From Macrostomum lignano (Eukaryota): DNA of 64,000 nucleotides. Under the pieces are notes generated by a model. That model searched no databases, had not been told where the DNA came from, and was given only the letters and a program-made list of their open reading frames with translations. Every line of letters begins with the position of its first letter. Within the stretch, counting starts at the first letter, position 1. The stretch is taken from NCBI GenBank assembly GCA_002269645.1, contig NIVC01002342.1, forward strand, positions 7,559 to 71,558, in the 5' to 3' direction. Of this stretch, positions 50,501-60,536 are shown piece after piece. The translations under genes were made by a program, and so were the position numbers.

Positions 50501-53500
50501 CCATCTGCAATGATGATTAAGCAGGTGGTTGAGCATGTGATTGAGCTAATTGATTGAGCAAGTGGTGAGCAAGTGATTGAGCAGGTGATTAAGCAGGTGG
50601 TTGAGCATGTGATTGAGCAGGTGATTGAGCAGGTGATTGAGCAGGTGATTAAGCAGGTGGTTGAGCATGTGATTGAGCAAGTGGTGAGCAAGTGGTGAGC
50701 AAGTGATTGAGCAAGTGATTGAGCAGGTGATTGAGCAGGTGATTGAGCAGGTGATTGAGCTAATTGATTGAGCAAGTGGTTGAGCCAGTGATTGAGCAAG
50801 TTATTGAGCAGGTGATTGAGCAAGTGATTGAGCAAGTGATTGAGCAGGTGATTGAGCAGGTGATTGAGCAGGTGATTGAGCAGGTGATTGAGCAGGTGAT
50901 TGAGCAAGTGATGAGCAAGTGATTGAGCAAGTGATTGAGCAGGTGATTGAGCAGGTGATTGAGCAGGTGATTGAGCAAGTGGTTCAGCCAGCGATTGAGC
51001 AGCTGATTGAGCTAATTATTTGAGCAAGTGATTGAGCTAATTATTTGAGCAAGTGATTGAGCTAATTATTTGAGCAAGTGATTGAGCAAGTGATTGAGCA
51101 GGTGATTGAGCAAGTGATTGAGCAAGTTGTGAGCAAGTGATTGAGATAATTATTTGAGCAAGTGATTGAGCAAGTGGTTGAGCAAGTGATTGGGCTAGTT
51201 ATTTGAGTAAGTAATTGAGCAGCTGATTGAGCTAGTTATTTGAGCTGGTGACTGAGTAAGTGGTTGAGTAGATGATCTGCTCACCTCCTGCACGGACAAG
51301 CCGGCCTGCTGCAGCGACTTGTCCAGCTCCAGCTGGCTCCACACTCCGGCCCCGGGGCTCAGTCCGGGCAGCAGCGGCCCGGCAACCAGGGGCGGCTCAA
51401 ATGGCAGCGACTCCAGCAGGGTGAAAAACCATGGCGGGTCGGTTACCACGATGCGGAGGCGCTTCAGATAGATGATGATGCCCTGAAAAATTGAATATGC
51501 GCTTATTGTTCGTGTAGTGCCGAGAATTTTTGCATCACAAGCTGAGGCGACTCACCCTCTGGTGCAGCCAGTCCAAATCGTGAGTCAAGAAGGTCCGGTC
51601 GATCTCCGTGTTGCCCGCCAGCTGGTCCACGGAAACCAGCCGGCCGCCAGCCTCCTTGCTCGCCAACTTTCGGCACGCAGCGACGACGACTTCTGTGGTC
51701 GCCGCGTGCGCTGAGGCCGCAGGCGCCAGCGCGGAGAAGGCGGCAACCGCAGTCTCTATGAGAGCCTGGCGCAGGTCTCGAAGTCCGCCCTCGCCCCCTC
51801 CACCGTCGGCTTCGGCGTCGAAGATGTCCAGCTCTTGGTCGAAGCGAGTCCGCAGGAACCGCTGCACTCGTTCCGCTGCCACCAGCGACTCCGCTGCGCG
51901 CCGCTCCGCTTCGAAGCCCTGCGTCACCGAAGCCGACTCTGCTGCAGCCAGAGATGCTGCTTCCAGCGCTGCCGCGTTGGCCTTCATGGCATCTTGGACG
52001 GCCGAGCGAAGCCGGTCAGCGCCTCCTCGCTGATGGTCGATTTTGCGGCAAAGGATGCGAAATCGCGTCCGATGCGCACCCTCGTCGCTGACTTCCACGT
52101 CTCCTGTCATCTTCAGCTGGTCCAGGTGCTTCTTAATGTCCTCGTTGGTCAGCGCCTTGTCGATCTGGCAGAAGCCCATCTTCTCGGACACGTCCGCGGC
52201 GGCCCAGGAGACGAAGCCGTGCGTCAACTCGGACACATCGCCGAACAGAGCGCTCGTTCGGACTTGAAAGTCTTGAAGCAAGTCTTGGTTAACGAAAATG
52301 CTGACGTGGCAGGCGTCCTTGCTGTCGATCGGGTCCGAGATTTCCACGGCGAATTGGAACTCTCCGGCGGCTGCGATGGGGATGCTCTGGGTCTTCGTCC
52401 TGCCGCCATCGGGCCTGGCGTAGCTGCAGGTCAGCGTGCTGCGGATGGGGAAAAGCAACTGACTGCAAGCCTGCATAATTTGCAACAAAGTTAATTCGCA
52501 CCGGCTGCTTACTATTGATTCGGATTTTTGCTGCTGAAGAGCAGCAGAACTCCCGCTGACTGCTCGAGCTGCTCCTGCAGCTGCGCCAGCTGAGGATTGT
52601 CAAAGAATTTTGCCGAAATTTTCCCAATCCCAGCGCTGAAGGAAGAGCGGCTCGCGCTCTGCACTGAGAAGCCGCACAGGGGAGTCTGCTTCAGCGGCTG
52701 CCGGCTCAGAAAGGCGCCGCCTCGGTTTAGCAGGGGTAGCCTGGAATAGGAAGGCTTGGGATGGTCAAGTCACTGCACCCACTGACACCCAGCCCTGCTC
52801 CACCTACACCCAGCCCTGCTCCACTTACACCCAGCCCTGCTCCACTTACACCCAGCCCTGCTCCACTTACACCCAGCCCTGCTCCACTTACACCCAGCCC
52901 TGCTCCACTTACACCCAGCCCTGCTCCACTTACACCCAGCCCTGCTCCACTTACACCCAGCCCTGCTCCACTTACACCCAGCCCTGCTCCACTTACACCC
53001 AGCCCTGCTCCACTTACACCCAGCCCTGCTCCACTTACACCCAGCCTGCTCCACTTACACCCAGCCCTGCTCCACTTACACCCAGCCCTGCTCCACTTAC
53101 ACCCAGCCTGCTCCACTTACACCCAGCCCTGCTCCACTTACACCCAGCCCTGCTCCACTTACAGCCAGCCTGCTCCACTTACACCCAGCCCTGCTCCACT
53201 CCCAGCCCTGCTCCATTCACCAGCATCTCCACTTACACAGCTGCTCCACACACCGCCTGGACTTACACCCAGCTGCTCCACTTTTCTTTGTAATTAAGTT
53301 CAATTTCGAGGCGGTCTTCAGCTGCACTGGCGCCTCTCGACTGACAACAGGAATGGCGGCGGCGGGCTGCTGCAGGACCAGGCGCGGCTCGGTCCTCTTA
53401 CCTGAGCACTGGGTTCTCCTATGAGTAGTGGATGTGGGATTTCAGTTGCAATCTTTCTCAGTGCTTATCAGTTGGCTCAAGAACTCACGTACTCAAGAAC

Positions 53501-55382
53501 TCACCCGAGACACGAAGTTGGTCAGACAGGCGGTCACGTGGGCGACGGCGCTGTCAAAATCGTTTTCCACGGCGATCACAACCTGATCCGGCTGGCCGGT
53601 GAAGAACTGCGTGTTGTAGGCCTGCGCGCGGGGTTGCGAAGGGGCTGTGAAATTTCATGCACTTTTGATGCTGCAGACAGACAGCAGAACTGATGCTGAA
53701 ATCCCGCTGATCTGGCCTATTTCGGGCTCTCCAAGGGGACAAACAAAGAAGCGGGGGATTTAAATGAGCTTGCAACCTTTCAAATGGAGACGGTGACAGA
53801 GTAAGCTCACGTGAAATCCCAATTCTTTCATGTTTATCCGCTCTGGGATTCATATGTTGGGCATCCTTGTTAAAATAATGAAACGTTTTTTTTCAAGCCA
53901 TTTTTTGGAGTTGATAAAACGCAGGATTACGCTCACCGACAGGCACAGCTCAACCGCAGCCACTTTGAGCAGCCCGCCGGCCTCCATAAATTGCGAGTCC
54001 GCTGCCGTTCCCCGCACAGCCGGCCTGAGGCGGCACTCCTTCACGGTGCGCAGCGGGCTGTACTGCAGGTCCGGCGGCGTCAGGAACAGCAGGCTGGACA
54101 CTGACAGAGCGGCGGACAGATCCGGCTGCAGCTCGGCCGGGCTGTCCGGAATGCCGGACAGCAGATCGCTGCGAACTGTCGATTTGGAGCCGAATGTGTT
54201 GAGCAGCAGATGGACGGAGTTAGCAGTGAGTCCGGGGCACTGGCGGATGTCCGCATCCACCGTCAGGGTCTGCAACTCAAAGCAATTGAAGGCAGCTGGT
54301 TTCTTTGCCATTCCGTGACTGATGCCTGCACCCATCGCTCTCACCTTAGCCACTGCTCACTCACTGCTGCCTGCACCCATCGCTCTCACCTTAGCCACTG
54401 CTCACTGACTGATGCCTGCACCCATCGCTCTCACCTTAGCCACTGCTCACTGACTGATGCCTGCACCCATCGCTCTCACCTTAGCCACTGCTCACTGACT
54501 GATGCCTGCACCCATCGCTCTCACCTTAGCCTCTGCTCACTGACTGATGCCTGCACCCATCGCTCTCACCTTAGCCACTACTCACTGACTGATGCCTGCA
54601 CCCATCGCTCTCACCTTAGCCCGATTCGCATCTCCGCCCTTGAGAGCCTCGCAGAGCCAGCGAATTCCCTCGTCTGTGATGTGACTTTCGCCCCTGAACG
54701 ATAGGCGAAAGCGATCGGCTGCAGCCTTCTCGGCCTTCATAGCCTGCAATGAATTGGGGTTACAGCAACAGCTAAGAATTGTTTGCTGAATTTTGCATAA
54801 GTTTTGCTTGTCAAATTTAAAATATTTATGAGAATCTGCCTACCAGCGCCGCAGAAAGGTGCTTGAGGGTGAGGTCGGTCAGCAGGCTGGACCAAACCGG
54901 CATTATTTCGCTCCTCGGAGCGGCTCCGTCCGAGCTGAAAAACACCGTGGAGTCTTCGACCGCAATGTTTTCTAACTTTCTCTGCAAAGTTTAAGTGTTT
55001 CAAGAGAGAAATTTAACAAATATTTTGTACATTTGGGGAACTCCAAGAAAATTCTGGATCGTAGCGTTCTCGGGGCGATCATCCATCTTACCGCCAGCAA
55101 GCCGTCTCTCAGTCTGAACCGTTCGAACACGTCAGCCACGACCTCCGACTTGGCGGCCTTTCGCAGCGGCTCAACCGACCCGGTTGGCGATTCAAACCTG
55201 GGCGAACGCTGCGGCGAAGCCTCCACTGAACGCAGCTCCTGCTCATTCAAAATGTCGTCATCATCGCTCCCAAACAGGCCGCCATATTTATCCTCAACTC
55301 CGAAAGATGACATGCTGTAGGCTGGGCTCCCCGCTCTGTCGCTTGGCAATCGTTTTAATGGCCTGCGGGGTTGTGATACTTT

Positions 55383-55437
<55 letters not shown>

Positions 55438-55574
55438 AGTGGCGGTGGCGGCTGCTGCTTCTGTTGCTGCTGAATCTCAGGCAGCGGTGGAGGCTTCTGT
55501 AGCAGCTGCGGCGGAGCCTGCTTTGATACCTGACTCCTGGCAGGCGCCTTTTTGGAAAGGAAATTTTTATCCAT
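38567..55574 (-). CDS. Giant Roco-family protein (about 32 exons, about 3,500 aa): polyQ, LRR-like, degenerate Roc/COR, Cys-rich, SPRY, LRR, Roc, COR, TIR, TIR, CaaX-like end
   Basis: Phase-consistent exons: 55092-55574, 54844-54981, 54615-54743, 53937-54269, 53505-53621, (uncertain exon about 53260-53410), 52513-52740, 51556-52462, 51285-51482, 49994-50504, 49144-49558, 48875-48930, 48729-48802, 48438-48705, 48237-48357, 47648-48119, 47053-47568, 46769-46985, 46188-46508, 45979-46094, 44165-45283, 43792-44059, 43365-43705, 43207-43294, 42783-43129, 42538-42699, 41542-42209, 40952-41465, about 40130-40656, (about 39998-40030, uncertain), about 39485-39775, 38567-39172. Confidence 0.85.
40300..41660 (-). 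other. Tandem TIR-like domains of the Roco gene
   Basis: TIR1: DVCLLF..KKLEAEGLSC..CSAVLVFLTKSF..KACLNSL. TIR2: DVFVSYCW..RLEAEGIRCWLD..LFEDI..VLAFVSDEYQRSANCMMEFRFA. Confidence 0.88.
41700..43129 (-). other. COR domain of the Roco gene
   Basis: RLPRIFLDFE..AVSFLNDIGSVQYF..VVINPKWIV..LTEAFDL..VPCLLP..YQFDYLPAGLFNR..IWKRG..CPEC. Confidence 0.9.
43207..43830 (-). other. Intact Roc GTPase domain of the Roco gene
   Basis: G1 FVGLG|GVGKTS, G2 ITDGIDI, G3 WDFAGQ, YYNTHQFFL, G4 VGTHAD, G5 IISS. Confidence 0.93.
43792..44830 (-). other. Leucine-rich repeats upstream of Roc
   Basis: LTGLETLHL, LESLTLDRCLITALPASIGQLDRLTML, LTNLRELRLSHQ, LKKLQRLVLDHNPRLKSLS. Confidence 0.92.
45284..45965. repeat. 28-30-bp intronic minisatellite containing the splice acceptor
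   Basis: Minus-strand unit ...CCTCAG|CTGATGCTGCC duplicates the acceptor of exon 44165-45283. Confidence 0.93.
46566..46759. repeat. 12-bp intronic minisatellite (ATTTCTAATGCT)n
   Basis: About 16 copies fill intron 46509-46768. Confidence 0.95.
47800..48705 (-). other. SPRY (B30.2-like) domain
   Basis: FEI|CIENKGVKGNISIGVVPADFPVMAQPGTLPGSVGYSGVDG ... VLFSVD ... GLFPCVTMQSPREAVRL. Confidence 0.8.
50516..51270. repeat. 12-bp intronic minisatellite (GTGATTGAGCAR)n
   Basis: Fills intron 50505-51284. Confidence 0.95.
52781..53280. repeat. 21-bp intronic minisatellite (CACCCAGCCCTGCTCCACTTA)n
   Basis: Minus-strand unit carries GGGT|GTAAGT. Confidence 0.93.
54316..54620. repeat. 45-bp intronic minisatellite containing the splice donor, 7 copies
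   Basis: GCTAAG|GTGAGAG recurs every 45 bp (plus-strand TCACCTTAGC at 54341, 54386, 54431, 54476, 54521, 54566, 54611). Confidence 0.95.
55382..55438 (-). repeat. (CAG)n encoding a polyQ tract of about 17 residues in Roco exon 1
   Basis: Uninterrupted GCT run on the plus strand. Confidence 0.9.
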
Positions 55575-57453
55575 TCGGTGGACTTCAGAAATTAACGAAG
55601 TGACCCTGAAAAAGCATCAGCATCAGAAGCTTCATGCGTGCATTGTAAAAGTTTATATATTATGATAAAGCTGCGACAAGAAACCAGAGTGTATTTATAA
55701 TCCAAAAATGCAGATGAGCAATTCTTTCTAAAAAATATTGGTGACTGAAAGTTACTAAATAAGTTTTGTTAGCATCTAAATCAGTGCGTGAAATCTAATG
55801 AAGTAAATCTCAGAACAAACATAATTTCAGCAGCTTTTCATTTTGCACTCCCTGCTACTTAAAAGGAAATTGCCAGCGCTATATAGTCTAAAACTATTTC
55901 TTTTATGCATCCTAATCAATAATCAAAACAAATTTCTCATGTGCCTGTGTAACAAATTTAATACTGATGAGTGATGTTACTATTCCGAAAATTAAATCGA
56001 AAATTTATAAAATCTCTGTATTGCATGCATATTAAATGTTTCGAGTGAGTTATGAGTCACAATATGTTGGTCTAATCGAAACTACGTTTAGAAAATTTTA
56101 GCCTTTGTCCGTCCAAAGCAAGCAAAAAATCTTGTGCAGTAAAATTTGAATATGAAAATTTTGCGGCACAGAAATTTGTATTAGCAGCACATTTAAGTGA
56201 TTGTAGTAAATAAAACCAAATATCAGATGTCAAAAGCTAATAGACCGCGTAGTATTTATTTATTTAATCGCCGTTTATCTGGCAACCTCTGTAGTGCCTT
56301 TAAAAACCGGATTGTATGAATTATGCCTTATCGAACGCGTGCTCAATTCATACTTGAACTTCAGTTTAAATTAGGTTTGGCTTGTTTACACTGTCAACAT
56401 AATTTGAGCACATATTTAGCAATAATAAGTGTTATTTTAAGGTATATTTTTTAAAAATATAATCAATCTTAGGTAGTTCTGCAACTTAGTTATTGTGCGT
56501 AAGCGACTTTGTTTTTTTTCTTGACACGACGCAAAAATCTGTTATTCCGTAAATTCCGGTAAATTTAGTGTACGTACAGGTTATATAGATTCTCCAGATT
56601 CATATCTGTTATAGCAAGTTATAGCAAAACTGTTATAGCAAAATAAGATTTAGTTCATTGGGATAAAATTTTATTTAACATTTTTTAATTCTGCTAAAAT
56701 TGATCACATATTATTCCAATTCGCATATTGCTACCTAGCGTGTAGCGTTCTTAACTTCAGATTTAATTAGGCCTACCCCTAATCTAAATAACTTTTACCT
56801 GTGAAGCAGCAATTAAGGCAGAAGAAAAAAGAACAACTTTCTTAGCATGATTTCCGATTTTGTCATTGCAGTGTAAGTAGAAATTATCTCAGCTAGGCCT
56901 AGTTTTATTGTATTTTAGAATAAAATAAGCTTAATAAAAATAATGTCAATAGCTTCAATAAATGACCTTTTTGTGTTGCAACAAAACTTGCATTACAACA
57001 TTTTGGTCTTTTGTATGCCAACAGCTATGGCCTATGCCATAAGCCAGCTCTGCCTCAATTATCTAGCAAACTGTTCTATACATTAGATACTTTATGTTGT
57101 CCATTTTTTACTTTTCAGGTCCATTGTAGGCTCTATATTAGAATTTTAGGCAATTGTCAAGTTCCATTCATTAAATTATTTTAATATTTTGACTTTGTCT
57201 ATGGTCAAATTGGCAACAAACAGCAAAAGCTTTATGCACTATAGTAGGCCTAGAGGGAAATCTATAATAGGATATTCCCAAATGGTTTCATTAGGTTTAG
57301 TTGATACTTGATACAACAATTCCTCTAAGTTTCAAATAGGGTTTGTAAAGCCCTTGCAAAGCATGGCAGCATAGCCTTGCTAAATTTACGACTTTTTGTT
57401 ATTTGTTATTTGTCAACTTGTTAAAGATCATTGATGTTTTGACTTGACCATAA

Positions 57454-59100
57454 ACCTTTAGGTCATCGCAAGTGGTTGAATTGAAGACACTCCTGAGCAT
57501 GTGTGTTGCATGCTAGGCCTGAGTCTTCCTGTCAGAGACAATGGTGTCAGGGCTCAAGACAAGGGAGCCAAGGTAGCGGAAGTCCTTGCACACCTTGACA
57601 ACTTCTCCATTTAGAAAGCTAGTGCAGGGATAATTGCAATGCCCACGTGGAGTACATCAGTCTTAGATACATTGATCACCAAGCCAACTTAGGTGCCCTC
57701 TTGTAGAGTCTAAACAGCCCATTGGGCAGCAGCTGGATTGCAGCATAGAAGAGCAATGTCATCAGCATAGGCAAGAGCAAGCAGTAAGATAACAGGATAT
57801 TGGAGCTTTGGCATGAGATTAGCACATAGCCATCATCTTCATGCAGGCATTGGCGAAGAACATAGTCTACCACAACAATGAATAGTAGTGGAGCCAGTGT
57901 GTCACCCTGAAGGATGCCAGAAGTTGTGCTAAATTCTTTAATGGGGCCATTGCTCAACTGAACAAATGCTCTTGAATTACTGTACAAGTCCATCATAGCA
58001 GCTACAGGTTCAGAAGGAATGCCATAGTAGGACAGAATCCATAGAAGTGTAGGTCTGTCAACTAAGTTGAATGCTTTGTGGAAGTTGACAAAATCAATTG
58101 AGATGAAACACTGGTGCATCTTATAGGCTTCAATGATGTAGTGGATGGTTGCAACCTGCTCAGTTATAGACCTGCCTGGTCTGAAACCACTTTGCCAGCT
58201 AAGAAGCAGCAGATTTAGCCCAGGCAGAAGGCAGTTGCGCAGCACTGCATTAAGTAGCTAGGCCGCAGTATATTCTAGTGCTATGCTATGCTTATTGTCC
58301 AGGCTAGTATAGGTGCCCTTCTTTGGAATAGAAACTATCTTAGAAATGTGCCACAGAGCAGGGGCGTGGGCTTTGGCGTTGCCTCCAAGAACACAGTGCT
58401 TGTTAAGCAAGCTGGTAATTGCTAGAGTCAGTTCTGAAAGCTTTAAGACCCTTGGGGGTAGAGGTCGGATAGGATTGAAATCTTCGGGCGGGATTGGGAT
58501 CGGGAATAATTTTTTTCTCGGGATTGGGATCGGGATTCGGGAATCGGGATCAGGTCTTTTAGTGTATTGTCCATGTAAAGTTAAACAAAATTGAGAAAAG
58601 ATTGTCAAGATCAAGAAGTAAAACACAACGAAATTGATATGAAGTTTTGTAACCAACAAAGTAAATAATGTAACGAGTACAAGTTAAAGCAAAATACTTT
58701 CAAGTAATCACTAATTCTATAAATTATTAATCGAAAGACCTGTTCCCGAATCTCGAGTTTTTCAGGGTCGGGATTCTGGTCCCGCGGGAATTCAATTTTC
58801 CTCGGGATCCCGAGATTTCGGGATCGGGATCGGGATCCCGTCCAACCTCTACTTGGGGGTATCAAGTCAACACTGGCAGCAGCATTTGCTCGCATGGTCT
58901 TTAGAGCTTGGCTGACCTTGTCCACCATAATAGGACTAGTGTTGAAGGCACTGGTGTCTGCTGGTCTAAAGTTTGGTATTGAAAGCAGTGGTAGTGATGA
59001 GGCAGGGCATTGAGCATATTGTGGTAATGTTAGCCAATAGGGCCTTTTGGTGCTCAATGGAGTCTGCTCCAACAACTATGCTGGGCCTTGGCTTTCTCTC
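57454..59100 (-). mobile_element. Decayed RTE-like non-LTR retrotransposon, 5' RT part (inverted relative to its own 3' part)
   Basis: DLIP|PRVLK, ISKIVSIPKKG, QSGFRPGRS, FHKAFNLVDR, GILQGDTLAPLLF, GLVINVSKT, DFRYLGS; contains stops and frameshifts. Confidence 0.88.
58459..58851. mobile_element. hAT-type MITE (393 bp) inserted in the RTE RT
   Basis: TIRs TAGAGGTCGGA / TCCAACCTCTA with CGGGAT subterminal repeats; 8-bp TSD CTTGGGGG at 58451-58458 and 58852-58859. Confidence 0.93.
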
Positions 59101-59592
59101 GTAAGCCTTTTCTGCAAAAGGCCATTGAGCCAATTCTCCTATATGACATAGAGGCTATGCCAATGACTGCGATGCGACAGCAAGCCCTGGATGCCCACTA
59201 TGGGTCACTGCTCTGCTATGCCCTAGGCATGCACTACCCTGATACTGTGCCGACCAGGGACCTGATGACTCGCGCTGGTGTTCCCCTGCTCAGCTGCACT
59301 ATCCGTAAATGCTGTCAGATGTTACTTGGCCACTGCCTAAGAAGCCACGGCTGCAGCAAGCTAAATCCTCTGGCGCTGGCTCTCCTGCATTAGCCCACTG
59401 AGCGCCTGCGCTGTGGCCAAGGCCAAACTGTGACGCTAAATGATATGTTTCTGACTGACTTGCAGGCCACTAGGCTTAGTCCCCAGTCTGCCATGACTTG
59501 CCTCTCTTGGTTGTTCTGCAAACGTGTCGGCACAAAGTCTAGCTAGATCTCTTTTTGTCTGTGTTACTCTGCGTTGCAGATCTGCGTTGCAG
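59101..59592 (+). mobile_element. 3' part of the same RTE-like element
   Basis: AIEPILLY..ALDAHYGSLLCYALG..IRK..LLGHCLR (post-RT region); ends in a tandem CTGCGTTGCAGAT x2 tail. Confidence 0.8.
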
Positions 59593-60536
59593 ATAGACAT
59601 TTATTTATAGACCTTTATTCAAGTCAAAAAATGTTCAAATGTTCTAGCCATAGACTATTGCAGCTTTCTGGTGTCAGATACATTATAACAAGTTTTGAAG
59701 CATCAAATTAGTGCTTAATCAGGCTTAAGTCTCTTAAAAGTATTTGTTTGTATTTAAAAAAGTTTGCAGATTACTTTTCTGTAGTCAAAATAAGTTAACA
59801 AATAAAACTTGACAATTGCCCTTAATATATATAAGATTCAAGAATGGGGAGCTCTATTAACTATTGTTTTAGTTTGTTGATAATTTTCTTCTTTTTGTTA
59901 ATATTTTAGTTTATTTAAAGCACTTAGGTAATTGTAACTTTAGGATATTTTACTCTTGACATTGTTTTTTGAGAGAATTCCTATCTACAACAAGGTTGTA
60001 ATGAACGCGCAACCGAGAGAAACTTGTATTATTCAAGAGTGCCAAAAAGCATATTATATAGAGGGGCGAGAGGGGCTGAGCAATCGATAGCAACGTATAT
60101 GATTGGGGGATGGGGCGGCTGGGGTGCAGATGTGCGTACAATAAATTATAGTTACAAGTGCATCACTGACATCTCTCTTCTAATAGCAAAAATTAAGAGG
60201 AATTAAAATCAATTGTTTGAAGAATTATCACTAATCACTCCTTTCTAATAGCAAAAAAACGAGAGGAAATAAAATCAATTTCTCGAAGGAATTATTGCTT
60301 CCAAAACATTTCATTATTTGCACATTAGGCATGTGCGAGAACTCAAAAAAATATTTCTATTAAAACAAATGCAAAAAATTAATTTTTTCAATATTTTTAG
60401 ACAAAAAAATCAACAACAAAATTCGATTTAGATAAGGAATAAAAATATTTGGAATATTTTCTCAGCAACAAAATCAGTGGATTAATTGAAAATCCGTGTT
60501 ACAGTCCTTGAAAACAAACAAAAGTCACTGTCCCTA

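Noticed and set aside
54316-54620. Intron newly created by tandem duplication of an AG|GT site (first GT to last AG)
   Set aside because: Frame-compatible, but a better pyrimidine-rich acceptor (TTGCAG at 54270) gives a cleaner LRR-like join; an ordinary intron with an expanded donor is simpler
38574-55603. Plus-strand and alternative-frame ORFs overlapping the Roco exons, and those over the ENPP and lectin genes
   Set aside because: Shadows of GC-rich coding exons with no independent motifs
57430-59632. Inverted similarity TTAT..TCAAGTCAAAA on both flanks of the RTE as a target-site duplication
   Set aside because: Wrong orientation for a TSD, short, AT-rich and imperfect; may be chance
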